From an uncultured Actinomycetes bacterium (GTDB lineage Bacteria; Actinomycetota; UBA4738; HRBIN12): DNA of 64,000 nucleotides. The translations under genes were made by a program, and so were the position numbers. The notes beneath the pieces are model-generated. The model did no database searches. It had not been told where the DNA came from and worked only from the letters and a program-made list of their open reading frames with translations. Positions 13,529-22,463 of this stretch are shown in pieces; the first letter of the stretch is position 1, and every line of letters begins with the position of its first letter. Where the stretch lies: the NCBI GenBank assembly GCA_963704885.1, contig CAVPIB010000004.1:576001-640000 (forward strand). Direction: 5' to 3'.

Positions 13529-13944
13529 GCCGGCTCCTCGACTTCGTCTAGAGAGGGTTGGCACTGAACCAATGATTCCATCACGTATCCATCCCCAACT
13601 TTGGCCAACACGATCTGCACAGGTTCACCCTCTATGACCTTGCTCACCTGGACAGTGACGTTGCTACCGGAATCCGAGATGACCTCCAGATTCGCCACGA
13701 CCAAGGCCGCGTCAACGGGGAGCCCGTAGGAGTCCTCGAGGCCGGCCGCAACCGCCTCTTCAAGGGGCTTCGCCTGGGTCGGGTCTGGCAGTGCATTGAC
13801 GACCCAACCGCCCAAGCCCAGCTTCGGGCAGTCGAACGCGCCACCGCCTTCCGAATCGGGGGCCTGGTTGCCTAGACCGCTTGCCGCTGCGGCGCCCCCA
13901 AGAAGGGCGACAGCAAACGCAATGCCTGCGACTGCTCGCCACAT
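13525..13944 (-). CDS. Hypothetical secreted protein
   Basis: Signal peptide MWRAVAGIAFAVALLGGAAAA, two Cys, AGAAAGGA RBS. Confidence 0.7.
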   Translation of the reverse strand: MWRAVAGIAFAVALLGGAAAASGLGNQAPDSEGGGAFDCPKLGLGGWVVNALPDPTQAKPLEEAVAAGLEDSYGLPVDAALVVANLEVISDSGSNVTVQVSKVIEGEPVQIVLAKVGDGYVMESLVQCQPSLDEVEEPA

Positions 13945-14246
13945 ATCGTGTTCCTTTCTAGCACGGCGGCCTTAACTCTCCGTCCAATCCTGCGCAACCC
14001 GCTAGTCACACCCTTTCCTCGATCCACATGCCTTTCGCGGTCTACACCGTGACACCCCTACGTATGCATGACTCCAACCTGACGCGGGTTAGGAGTAGCG
14101 CCATGCGAACGAACGGACCTCTCTCGGTCGGCGAGACGGCCCGCACGCCCAACGCCCCCAATCCTCCGCTGTCCCATTCGAGGGATCTCGCAACCACGGA
14201 CACGAAGGCACGCTACAGGTGGCATCCCGCGAGAGTGGGCAGTGCC

Positions 14247-14435
14247 CTAGGCATCGGCCGCCGGATCCTCCACGGGGAACGAGAAGGGGCGCATCCGCCG
14301 TTCATCCATCGGACAGGCACACAGAGGACAGCGCGGCGGCTCCTCGTAGACGAGGACGGTCCGTTCGCAGAAGGGACACTCACCCTCCTGCATGGCGGAT
14401 GGATCGTCGATCTCGTTCGGCATCGGGCCTCGCAC
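14247..14435 (-). CDS. Small Zn-ribbon-like protein
   Basis: Two CxxC pairs (CPFC...CPLC) in about 60 aa; start uncertain. Confidence 0.55.
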   Translation of the reverse strand: MRGPMPNEIDDPSAMQEGECPFCERTVLVYEEPPRCPLCACPMDERRMRPFSFPVEDPAADA

Positions 14436-14517
14436 GCTCGGGGGGAGCGGTCCACACCATCATCGGACGGGTGTTGCTTCTCCTTGAACCTCCCGCGCCA
14501 ACGTGTCCAGGACGCAA

Positions 14518-14544
14518 CGAAGCCCTCCCGCAGGGAGGGCTTCG
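14518..14544. terminator. GC-rich hairpin, probable intrinsic terminator for the 14565..14765 gene
   Basis: CGAAGCCCTCCC-GCA-GGGAGGGCTTCG perfect 12-bp stem; weak U tract. Confidence 0.6.
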
Positions 14545-14564
14545 GCCTTGTTGTTGACTCGGCT

Positions 14565-14765
14565 CTATGCGGCAGCGCGGCGCTTGCGTTTACCGCGGGG
14601 GATGTAGGCGTGCACGGGCTCGTGCTGCCAGCAGTAGTCCCACTTGTTGTAGACGGACAGCTTGGTACCGCAGCCGGGATCGGCACAGACGCGCCCCGAC
14701 CCGAACATCTTGTTCGGCCGTGGGAGCGTCCGGGCGGATGCTCCCCGGAACCTCTCGTCTTCCAC
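14565..14765 (-). CDS. Small basic Cys/His protein (C-x4-C-x12-C-x2-H)
   Basis: GRVCADPGCGTKLSVYNKWDYCWQH and basic tail; GGAAGGA RBS; flanked by a promoter-like motif and a hairpin. Confidence 0.7.
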   Translation of the reverse strand: MEDERFRGASARTLPRPNKMFGSGRVCADPGCGTKLSVYNKWDYCWQHEPVHAYIPRGKRKRRAAA

Positions 14766-14830
14766 GTTCGCTCACATCCTTCCGCTGGACCGCGGAGGGG
14801 CATCTGTAGCGGTCCTTAACTCCCTCTTCG

Positions 14831-14856
14831 AACGAAAGACGTGTGCGGTTCATTCC
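14831..14856 (-). promoter_or_regulatory. Putative SigR/SigH-type ECF promoter
   Basis: GGAAT-N18-GTT on the minus strand upstream of the small Cys/His gene. Confidence 0.45.
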
Positions 14857-14909
14857 GGATCTGGCCGAACGACGCCGACCGGGGCGGTCCGTGGGCCCGA
14901 TCTCGCAGG

Positions 14910-15680
14910 TCAGGGGCCGAATCGCGGCTGACGTTTCTCCACGAACGCCCCCATCCCTTCGCGTTGATCGGGCGTCCCGAAGAGCTCACAGAACAGGTCC
15001 CGCTCGGTCGCGAGCCCCTGCTCACCAGGGGTGAGGACGGCGGCGTGGATCGCTGCCTTGGCGGCCGCGAGCGCCTCCCGAGGCCCGGCGGCGAAGGCGC
15101 GAGCATCGACCACCGCCGAGTCCAACACTTGCTCCGGCGGCGCGAGCCGTTCTACCAGCCCCAAGGCGAGCGCCTGGTCGGCCGGGACCTGCCTCCCCGT
15201 GTACACCAGTTCACGGGCGCGACCCGGACCGACCAGGTGCGTGAGCCGTTGGGTACCTCCCGCGCCTGGGATCACGCCTAGGCGGATCTCGGGCTGCCCC
15301 ACGGTCCCGTCATCGGCCAGGTATCGGAGATCGGCGGCGAGTGCGAGCTCGAATCCCCCACCCAGCGCGAACCCGTTGATCGCCGCGATCGACACCTTCG
15401 GCATGACCTCGAGTTGGTCGAGCGCATCTCCGAGCGCGGCGACCACAGGCCGGATCTCTGCCGGCCCGAAGTTCACCATGGCCTTGATGTCAGCGCCGGC
15501 CGCGAAGATCTTCGGACCTCCCCATACGACCACGGCCCCCACGTCATCGCGATCGGCGGCCTCCGCGAACACGTCTTGCAGCTCCAGACCTACTTGATGG
15601 TTGAGCGCATTCGCCGGTGGCCGGTCGAGACGAACCACACCGACGCCGTCGTCGATCTCGAGCCACACGAATTCCCCCAT
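14910..15680 (-). CDS. Enoyl-CoA hydratase/isomerase family protein
   Basis: FAAGADIK, GFALGGGFELALAAD, GQPEIRLGVIPGAGGTQRL. Confidence 0.93.
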   Translation of the reverse strand: MGEFVWLEIDDGVGVVRLDRPPANALNHQVGLELQDVFAEAADRDDVGAVVVWGGPKIFAAGADIKAMVNFGPAEIRPVVAALGDALDQLEVMPKVSIAAINGFALGGGFELALAADLRYLADDGTVGQPEIRLGVIPGAGGTQRLTHLVGPGRARELVYTGRQVPADQALALGLVERLAPPEQVLDSAVVDARAFAAGPREALAAAKAAIHAAVLTPGEQGLATERDLFCELFGTPDQREGMGAFVEKRQPRFGP

Positions 15681-15689
15681 GGCCCTAGC

Positions 15690-16571
15690 CTACCGACCGG
15701 CCGCCGCCGCACGCTCAAGGGTGCGTCGGAGTCCCGTCTCCAGAGATGTGCGAGCAACGCCGAATTCCACAGCGGCATCAGGCGCGTCCGCACGCGACGG
15801 CGCCGCGAAGTGCTCTGTCGCCGTGAGCGAGACGTTCAGGCCAAGCGCCGAGGTCAGCCGTCCGGCAGCCTGAGCGGGCGTGAGAGGAAGAGGCGGCGAA
15901 CCTCCGCCCGCGAGGCGTTCGCCCAGCTCGAGTGGAGTGATCAAGTCGGGGCCTTCGAGGGCCCAAGTGCCCGACAGATCGCCGGACCGATCGTCGGCTG
16001 CTGCGAGCACCGATACGAGGTCGTCCGCCCACACCGGGGCTATCTCCTGTTCGCCGTCTCCCACCACGAATGGTGGCGAGGCCACGGCCCCTTCAACGGC
16101 GGCGGTGAACCACAGCCCGCCGAGTCCGTACGCGTGCGTCGACCGGACGATGGCGTGCTCGAGTCCGCTGTTCCTGACCGCCTCTTCCGCCAAGCCCTTA
16201 GCGCGCAAGAACGGCGGGCCCGCATCCGGATGAGCGCCGGGCACGGATACGAGCAGGAAGCGCCGAACCCCCGCCTCGCGGGCGGCAGCCAACGCGGTCA
16301 GAGTGGAGCCGTGATTGGCAGCGAGGAGCGTGACGCCGTCGGGTTGGTTGGGGCCGCCTACCAGGTGGATCAGCGAGTAGACGCCTCGCAGCACTTCCGC
16401 CAACGCGTCCGCGTCATCGAGACGGCCCACCGCCACCTTGGCGCCCAGGACCCGGAGGGCGTCCGCCGCTTCCGGCCGCCCCACACACGCCCGGACCTCG
16501 TCGCGGCGGACCAAGAGCGGGACGAGGCTTCGCCCGATGAAGCCGGACGCCCCGGTCACCATCACGGTCAT
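15690..16571 (-). CDS. NAD(P)-binding epimerase/dehydratase (atypical SDR)
   Basis: MTVMVTGASGFIG, RAKGLAEEAVRNSGL, LEGPD. Confidence 0.85.
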   Translation of the reverse strand: MTVMVTGASGFIGRSLVPLLVRRDEVRACVGRPEAADALRVLGAKVAVGRLDDADALAEVLRGVYSLIHLVGGPNQPDGVTLLAANHGSTLTALAAAREAGVRRFLLVSVPGAHPDAGPPFLRAKGLAEEAVRNSGLEHAIVRSTHAYGLGGLWFTAAVEGAVASPPFVVGDGEQEIAPVWADDLVSVLAAADDRSGDLSGTWALEGPDLITPLELGERLAGGGSPPLPLTPAQAAGRLTSALGLNVSLTATEHFAAPSRADAPDAAVEFGVARTSLETGLRRTLERAAAAGR

Positions 16572-16645
16572 GCTCGATGGTATCCGCCCCGCTGCCCGAT
16601 CCGGCCCGGCGTTGCACCTGCAACCCACTGCTAGACTGCCCGTTC

Positions 16646-17083
16646 GTGGACACCGTGAGCCAGACGGACGTCTTGGAGCTGCTCCGCTCACGCGGACTGC
16701 GGATGACGCCCCAACGTCGAGCGATCGTCGCCACGGTCATGCTCGCACAGGGCCATATCTCCCCCACCGATGTGACCCGGAAGATCCAGAGCGAGATGCC
16801 AGGCGTCAACGCCTCTACGGTCTACCGCACCCTCACCCTGCTGGAAGAGATCGGAGTGCTCCAGCACATGCACCTGGAGAGCGGCGCCGAGTACCACCGG
16901 ACCGAGGAGGCCGAGCACATCCACCTGGTTTGCGGCAACTGCGGTCACGACGATCCGCTCACGCTCAGGGAAGCTCAGAAGTTGCAGACCATGATCCGCA
17001 GCCACCACGGGTTCGAAGCCGACCTCACGCACTTCGCGATCACCGGCATGTGCAGCGACTGTTCTGCGGCCAGCCGACCCTGA
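16646..17083 (+). CDS. Fur-family metalloregulator
   Basis: GLRMTPQRRAI, STVYRTLTLL, HIHLVCGNCG, GMCSDC; start 16646 or 16655. Confidence 0.92.
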   Translation: MDTVSQTDVLELLRSRGLRMTPQRRAIVATVMLAQGHISPTDVTRKIQSEMPGVNASTVYRTLTLLEEIGVLQHMHLESGAEYHRTEEAEHIHLVCGNCGHDDPLTLREAQKLQTMIRSHHGFEADLTHFAITGMCSDCSAASRP

Positions 17084-17148
17084 TCTTTCGGGAACTGGGC
17101 CAAGGCTTCGGGGCGTCCCAGCGAGATCTCGACCGAAGGAGTCAGCCG

Positions 17149-17631
17149 ATGCGTCGCACCCTCGCGCTACTCGTCATCCTCGCCACGCTCGGACCGGTCA
17201 CGATCGCCCGAGCGATCCCGTCGAACGACCTGGTTCGAACGAAGTCCCGCTTCCACTGCCTGGAGACGGGTGGAGCAAGGGTCACCCTGTGGGTCCGAAG
17301 CGTCGCGGATCGCCCGGTCACGATCGGTCCTGACATCCACTTCATGCTCACGTTGATCCGCGGCGCGGAACACGAACACGGTCCGATCGTGTTCATGACG
17401 CCGGTCCCGGACTTCGCCAGCCTCGAACCGCACGAGGTAAGTCGTTTCGTGATCCCGATGGGCGACGCGATAGGCGACGAACCCGGCTCGGACCTCAGCG
17501 CTGATCGACTCCGCCTGCGGGCCGAGGTGTACCTAGAGGGACACGAGCACGCTGCCGTCAGTCGTTTCCGATTCCCCGGATGCCCGCCCCCTCTGCCGTC
17601 GATAGGGCCCGGCGGATCTCTCGAGCTCTAG
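17149..17631 (+). CDS. Hypothetical secreted protein
   Basis: AAGGAG RBS; signal peptide MRRTLALLVILATLGPVTIARA. Confidence 0.65.
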   Translation: MRRTLALLVILATLGPVTIARAIPSNDLVRTKSRFHCLETGGARVTLWVRSVADRPVTIGPDIHFMLTLIRGAEHEHGPIVFMTPVPDFASLEPHEVSRFVIPMGDAIGDEPGSDLSADRLRLRAEVYLEGHEHAAVSRFRFPGCPPPLPSIGPGGSLEL

Positions 17632-18578
17632 CCTCCGAAGATCGCGGGCAGCACCGCACCCTGGCCGAACAGGAACAGGATGCCCATCACCAAGCTCATG
17701 ACCGCCGTTATGACCGCGATCGATACGTAGACCTTCCAGTTCTCTGAAGCCTTGAGGAACCCGGCGGCCGAGCCGAACGTGATCAGCGAGTTGGAGGTGA
17801 GGAGGCCGATGATGAAGGCGGCGAGCACCGCTTCTCCAACGACCTTCCCTCCGGCGCCGGCAGCCGCCAGGAAGATGACGATCTGCGTGGGCGTCTCCGC
17901 GCCGACCCCGTGGACCATCCCGACGATGAACGCGGTTCTCCTGCCGTAGTTCATGAAAGCGTCGTCGGGTTCCGGGTGCTTGTGGTGGTGGTGTCCCGGA
18001 CGCCCGTGATGGCCGTGATGCCAATCCGACACCGGGATGTCTTCAGCCACAGCGACCGCGATCGACCCAGTCTCGTCCTCAACACCTGACGTGCCATGCA
18101 CGTGGACCGGCTCTCGGTCGTGGGCGTCCTCGCGTGACCCGCTGACCCGCCGGTAGGCGTTCCTGACACCCGAGAAGATCAACATCCATCGGCTTCGGAG
18201 CCGGAACTCCCGGCCGTGCCGGGCGAGCGAGACGAATACGAATACACCCAGGACGATGAGCGTCACGCCGACGATCCGCTCCATCACGTTATCGACCGAT
18301 TCCGGGAGCCTTTCGCCGAGCAGGATCGCCGCCGTACCGATCAGGAAGACCACGAGCGCATGGCCGAGCGCATACAGGGTGCCGAAGAACATGGCGCTTC
18401 GGCGATCATCCTGCGAGCCCGCGATGTCGGTGATCGCGGCGATGTGATCCCAGTCGATCCCGTGCCTGAAGCCGAAGAAGAAGGCAGACAGGATCACACC
18501 GATGCCGAACGTCGTATCGGCGGTGGCCGCGATGATCCCGAACGTTCCCAAGGTCAGCATCCAACCATCTTCTGCCAT
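17628..18578 (-). CDS. NiCoT (HoxN/HupN/NixA) family nickel/cobalt transporter
   Basis: GFRHGIDWDHIAAI, YALGHALVV, GMVHGVGAETPTQ, His-rich loop. Confidence 0.85.
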   Translation of the reverse strand: MAEDGWMLTLGTFGIIAATADTTFGIGVILSAFFFGFRHGIDWDHIAAITDIAGSQDDRRSAMFFGTLYALGHALVVFLIGTAAILLGERLPESVDNVMERIVGVTLIVLGVFVFVSLARHGREFRLRSRWMLIFSGVRNAYRRVSGSREDAHDREPVHVHGTSGVEDETGSIAVAVAEDIPVSDWHHGHHGRPGHHHHKHPEPDDAFMNYGRRTAFIVGMVHGVGAETPTQIVIFLAAAGAGGKVVGEAVLAAFIIGLLTSNSLITFGSAAGFLKASENWKVYVSIAVITAVMSLVMGILFLFGQGAVLPAIFGG

Positions 18579-18629
18579 GGATGGCAATTGCAGTCTGCGG
18601 CAACTGATACACAGACGTCGGTGGTCACG

Positions 18630-20279
18630 TCAGAAGCGTGGGGTCTCTCGGTACGCGCCCCACTCCCGGGTAAGAGCGCCCATGATCTCCCCCTCCGTAC
18701 AGAGGGTTCGCGCGCAGACCACGAGCGCTTCCACCAGGTTGGCGTCGGTTCCAGCGGCAACGACGAGCGCGTCGAGCGCGTCGCGAGCCGCATCTCCGTC
18801 GCGGGAGGAGCGCACCTCCTGGAGCGTCTCCAGCTGTCGTCGCTCGACGTCGGGGCCGATCACCAGCGTGTCTACGACCTGCTCATGATCGTCCACGAAC
18901 GCGGTCACACCGACCTTCGTGAGATCCTCCGCCTCGAAGCGTCGCTGTTCTTCGAAGGCGGAGTCCGCGATCGCCTGCTGGAACCAACCGCTCTCGATCC
19001 CGGTGAGCACCCCTTCCAGCATGGAACCCTGCCCCATCGCATCGATCTTCTGGAAGATCTCCTCGGCGAGTGACTCCATCCGGTCGGTGAGCGACTCGAC
19101 GAAGTACGAGCCGCCGAGCGGATCGGTCACATCGGGGACGCCGGACTCGTAGGCGATCACCTGCTGTGTCCGCAAGGCGATCTTCGCCGCGTCCTCAGTC
19201 GGCAGCGCCAGGACCTCGTCGAGCGCGTTCGTGTGGAGCGATTGCGTGCCCCCCATGACCGCAGCCAACGCCTCAAGCGCCGTCCGAACGATGTTGTTCA
19301 TAGGTTGTTGGGCGGTCAGCGACACACCTGCGGTCTGGGTATGGAACCGAAGCCGCATGGCGTTCTCGTCCGCGGCCCCGTACCTGTCCTTCAGCCAGCG
19401 GCTCCAGATCCGACGCGCCGCCCGATACTTGGCGACCTCTTCGAAGACGTCGACGTGGGCGTTGAAGAAGAACGAGAGGCCGGAGGCGAACCGGTCGACG
19501 TCCAACCCACGCTGCTGTCCGAGCTCGATGTAGGCGAACCCATCGGCGAGCGTGAACGCGAGCTCCTGGGCCGCGGTCGCCCCCGCCTCGCGGATGTGAT
19601 AGCCGCTCACGCTGATCGGGTGCCACTTCGGGGTGTGTTCCATGCAGAACTCCATCAGGTCGCCGATCAGCCGCAGGTGAGGCCTCGGCGGGAAGATCCA
19701 TTCCTTCTGGGCGATGTACTCCTTGAAGATGTCGGTCTGCAGCGTGCCGTCCAAGCGGTCCCACGGCACACCTTGCTGTTCGGCGGTCGCCAGGTAGAAC
19801 GCGAATAGCACGACGGCCGGACCGCTTATCGTCATCGACGTTGAGATGTCGCCGAGCGGGATGCCGTCGAACAGGGTAGCGAAGTCATCCAAGGTGTCTG
19901 TCGCCACGCCGCAGCGACCGACCTCGCCCTCGGAGCGCGGGTCGTCCGAGTCCAGGCCCATCAGGGTCGGCAGATCGAAAGCCACGGAGAGACCGCCCTG
20001 TCCCCGTTCCAACAGGAACCGGTATCGCTCGTTCGTCTCGGCCGCCGATCCGAACCCTGCGAACTGACGCATGGTCCAAAGGCGTCCCCGGTACATCGAC
20101 GGGTAGACACCCCGGGTGAACGGGTACGTCCCCGGTTTGCCGAGCGCCGATCCGGGATCGAAGCCCGCCAGGTCGTTCGGGCCGTAAGAGGGCTTGAGCG
20201 GCTCACCGGAGAGCGTCGTGAACGATCCGGGGGGGTCAACGGCTGGTTCGGTTGGTTCGACTGGCTCGCCCACCGGCAC
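18630..20279 (-). CDS. icmA: B12-dependent acyl-CoA mutase large subunit, isobutyryl-CoA mutase-like
   Basis: YPFTRG...WTMRQFAGFG, LQTDIFKEYIAQKEW, ISVSGYHIREAG, FHTQTAGVSLTAQQP; no B12-binding domain; start uncertain. Confidence 0.8.
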   Translation of the reverse strand: MPVGEPVEPTEPAVDPPGSFTTLSGEPLKPSYGPNDLAGFDPGSALGKPGTYPFTRGVYPSMYRGRLWTMRQFAGFGSAAETNERYRFLLERGQGGLSVAFDLPTLMGLDSDDPRSEGEVGRCGVATDTLDDFATLFDGIPLGDISTSMTISGPAVVLFAFYLATAEQQGVPWDRLDGTLQTDIFKEYIAQKEWIFPPRPHLRLIGDLMEFCMEHTPKWHPISVSGYHIREAGATAAQELAFTLADGFAYIELGQQRGLDVDRFASGLSFFFNAHVDVFEEVAKYRAARRIWSRWLKDRYGAADENAMRLRFHTQTAGVSLTAQQPMNNIVRTALEALAAVMGGTQSLHTNALDEVLALPTEDAAKIALRTQQVIAYESGVPDVTDPLGGSYFVESLTDRMESLAEEIFQKIDAMGQGSMLEGVLTGIESGWFQQAIADSAFEEQRRFEAEDLTKVGVTAFVDDHEQVVDTLVIGPDVERRQLETLQEVRSSRDGDAARDALDALVVAAGTDANLVEALVVCARTLCTEGEIMGALTREWGAYRETPRF

Positions 20280-20299
20280 CGTTCGGGATCGGGCCGCCG

Positions 20300-21265
20300 C
20301 TACTCGGGCTCGGCGGCGGTCTGATCGTCCAGCATAGCTGCGGCTCGGTACGGGTCGATGCGACGGGCCTCGAGCTCGCCGCCGAGTGACCCGTCGGCGG
20401 CGAGGACGGCCTCCGCACGAGCACGGAAGCGCTCCGCCGCCAGGCTCTCGACCTCGCGGAGCAACCGGAAGCGCCGTTTCGACACCAGCTCGCCGGACGT
20501 ACGGAGGTGGTCGCGGTGCACCGTGATGGCCGAGAGCAGCTCGTCGATCCCCTCCCGCTCGGTCGCGGACGTCTGCAGGACGGGTGGATCCCACTCGCGA
20601 GCGGCACCCAAGTGCAGCATCTGTCGCAGCTCGCGGACGACTTCGCTGGCACCTCCCCGGTCGGCCTTGTTCACTACGAAGACATCTGCAACCTCCAGGA
20701 TGCCCGCCTTCGCCATCTGGACGGCGTCCCCCATGCCGGGCGCCAGCACCACAACAGCGGTGTCGGTGGCCGCCGCCACGTCGACCTCCGCCTGACCCAC
20801 GCCGACCGTCTCGACGACGATCTCGTCGTATCCGGCGGCGTCCAGGACCCGGACCGCCTCCGGAGCGGCCAGCGCCATGCCGCCCAGGTGTCCGCGCGTC
20901 GCCATGGAGCGGATGAACACCCCCGGATCCGTCGCGTGCTCCTGCATCCGAACCCGATCGCCCAGGAGCGCACCCCCCGTGTATGGCGACGTGGGGTCGA
21001 TGGCGAGGACCGCGACCGACCGGCCCCCTTCGCGCTCGGCCCGGACGAGCTCTGTCGCCAGGGTGGATTTCCCCACGCCGGGCGCGCCGGTCAGCCCGAT
21101 AGTGGCAGCTCGACCGGTACTGGCGTAGATGCCCGCGGAGAGGGCCTCGAGCTCGGGACGGCCGTCCTCCACGAGCGAGATCGCGCGGGCGACCGCCCGC
21201 CGGTCCCCGGCCAGCACGCCGGCCACGATCGCTTCCACATCCACGTCGGGCAGCCTAGCGGTCAC
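20300..21265 (-). CDS. meaB: Mutase-associated GTPase chaperone
   Basis: GLTGAPGVGKST, DPTSPYTGGALLGDRVRM, ETVGVGQAE, VVNKAD. Confidence 0.93.
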   Translation of the reverse strand: MTARLPDVDVEAIVAGVLAGDRRAVARAISLVEDGRPELEALSAGIYASTGRAATIGLTGAPGVGKSTLATELVRAEREGGRSVAVLAIDPTSPYTGGALLGDRVRMQEHATDPGVFIRSMATRGHLGGMALAAPEAVRVLDAAGYDEIVVETVGVGQAEVDVAAATDTAVVVLAPGMGDAVQMAKAGILEVADVFVVNKADRGGASEVVRELRQMLHLGAAREWDPPVLQTSATEREGIDELLSAITVHRDHLRTSGELVSKRRFRLLREVESLAAERFRARAEAVLAADGSLGGELEARRIDPYRAAAMLDDQTAAEPE

Positions 21266-22463
21266 CGGCCTCCGCCGGAGCGGCCCCCGGGATGGCGCGA
21301 AGGGCGTCGCGTAGAGAACCGCAGTAAGCGCGCTGCTCCAAGAGCGCCGGATCACCGTCGGGCACCTTCGAGCGAACCATCGCTAGGTTCACCTGCTCGC
21401 GTTGGAGGCGGCGGAGCAGTCCGGCGGCCCCCCCGCCGGCACGGCGGCGCATGTCGCGGGCTGCGGCGCGCCGGCGACGTGGCTCCCCCAGAACGGCGAG
21501 CTCGTCGGCGGACACGCCCAAGCTCCCCACCTCGCCATCCAGAGCCGCCGCGAGCCACCTGTGTTCACGTCTGCGCGACAGCACCACGGCCAAGCCCACG
21601 AACACCAGTAGCGGGAGTCCCTTCGCGGTGGTGGCGACCGGGATCATCATCCATCCGGCGCCGGTCACGGCACCGTCCGGGAACAGGTCGAGGAGGGGTG
21701 AGTTCCATAGGAAATGACCGAGGACGGCTACGGCGGAGAGCCCGACCACAACGGCGACACGCCGACCGAGGGAACGGCGCTCGCGTCGTGAAACGAAGTA
21801 TCCGATGCCCATCCCGACCAAGGCCGTGTACAGCACATGCGAGTAGAGGCCACTCGCAACGACGCGGACGAAGAACCCCTGGAGCACACCGGCCGGACTG
21901 CCACCGAAGACCCCCATGAAGTAGAAGACGTCCTCAACCACTGCGAACCCCAGCCCGCAGACGGCCCCATAGACGAAGCCGTCCATCATGTCGTCGATCT
22001 CGTCGACCGCGATCAGAGAGATCAGGACGACGCCTAGTCCCTTGAGCGTCTCCTCCACGATCGGAGCCGTTAGCGCCGAGGTCCATCGAGCCGCGAACTC
22101 CGGGCCACCGATCTGCGCGACGACCAATCCCCATCCGTCGTTCGCGAATCCGGACAGCGTGGTCGCGGCGATGCCACCCCACATGAGCGCGCCCAGCACC
22201 AGCGAGATCGGTTCACGCTCGTAGAGATCCAGGAGGTAGACCAATACGAACACCGGCAGGGCGTAGAGCAGGAGGAGACCCCACGACAACCCCCAGCCGG
22301 CTGGCGAGATCCGCCTGAACGCACTTTGCTCCCCCACCAGCACGATCCCGGTGATGAGCATGACGCCGGCATAGAGCCAGAAGGCGGGGCGCCGCGGCTG
22401 GAAGAGCCTGCTCTCGTGCAGAGGGGATCGGCGGCGCCCGCGCGGTGCGGCGACGGAGCTCAA
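21255..22463 (-). CDS. PrsW-family intramembrane metalloprotease
   Basis: LDLYEREP, APIVEETLKG, DGFVYG...GLGFAVVED, HFLWN. Confidence 0.88.
   Translation of the reverse strand: MSSVAAPRGRRRSPLHESRLFQPRRPAFWLYAGVMLITGIVLVGEQSAFRRISPAGWGLSWGLLLLYALPVFVLVYLLDLYEREPISLVLGALMWGGIAATTLSGFANDGWGLVVAQIGGPEFAARWTSALTAPIVEETLKGLGVVLISLIAVDEIDDMMDGFVYGAVCGLGFAVVEDVFYFMGVFGGSPAGVLQGFFVRVVASGLYSHVLYTALVGMGIGYFVSRRERRSLGRRVAVVVGLSAVAVLGHFLWNSPLLDLFPDGAVTGAGWMMIPVATTAKGLPLLVFVGLAVVLSRRREHRWLAAALDGEVGSLGVSADELAVLGEPRRRRAAARDMRRRAGGGAAGLLRRLQREQVNLAMVRSKVPDGDPALLEQRAYCGSLRDALRAIPGAAPAEAGDR

Noticed and set aside
13945-14246. Possible riboswitch or ncRNA upstream of the secreted pair (hairpin at 14071-14096)
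   Set aside because: No recognisable c-di-AMP, c-di-GMP, cobalamin or SAM aptamer motifs; a single hairpin is insufficient
18579-18629. Cobalamin riboswitch before the NiCoT gene
   Set aside because: The spacer is only about 50 bp and lacks a B12 box
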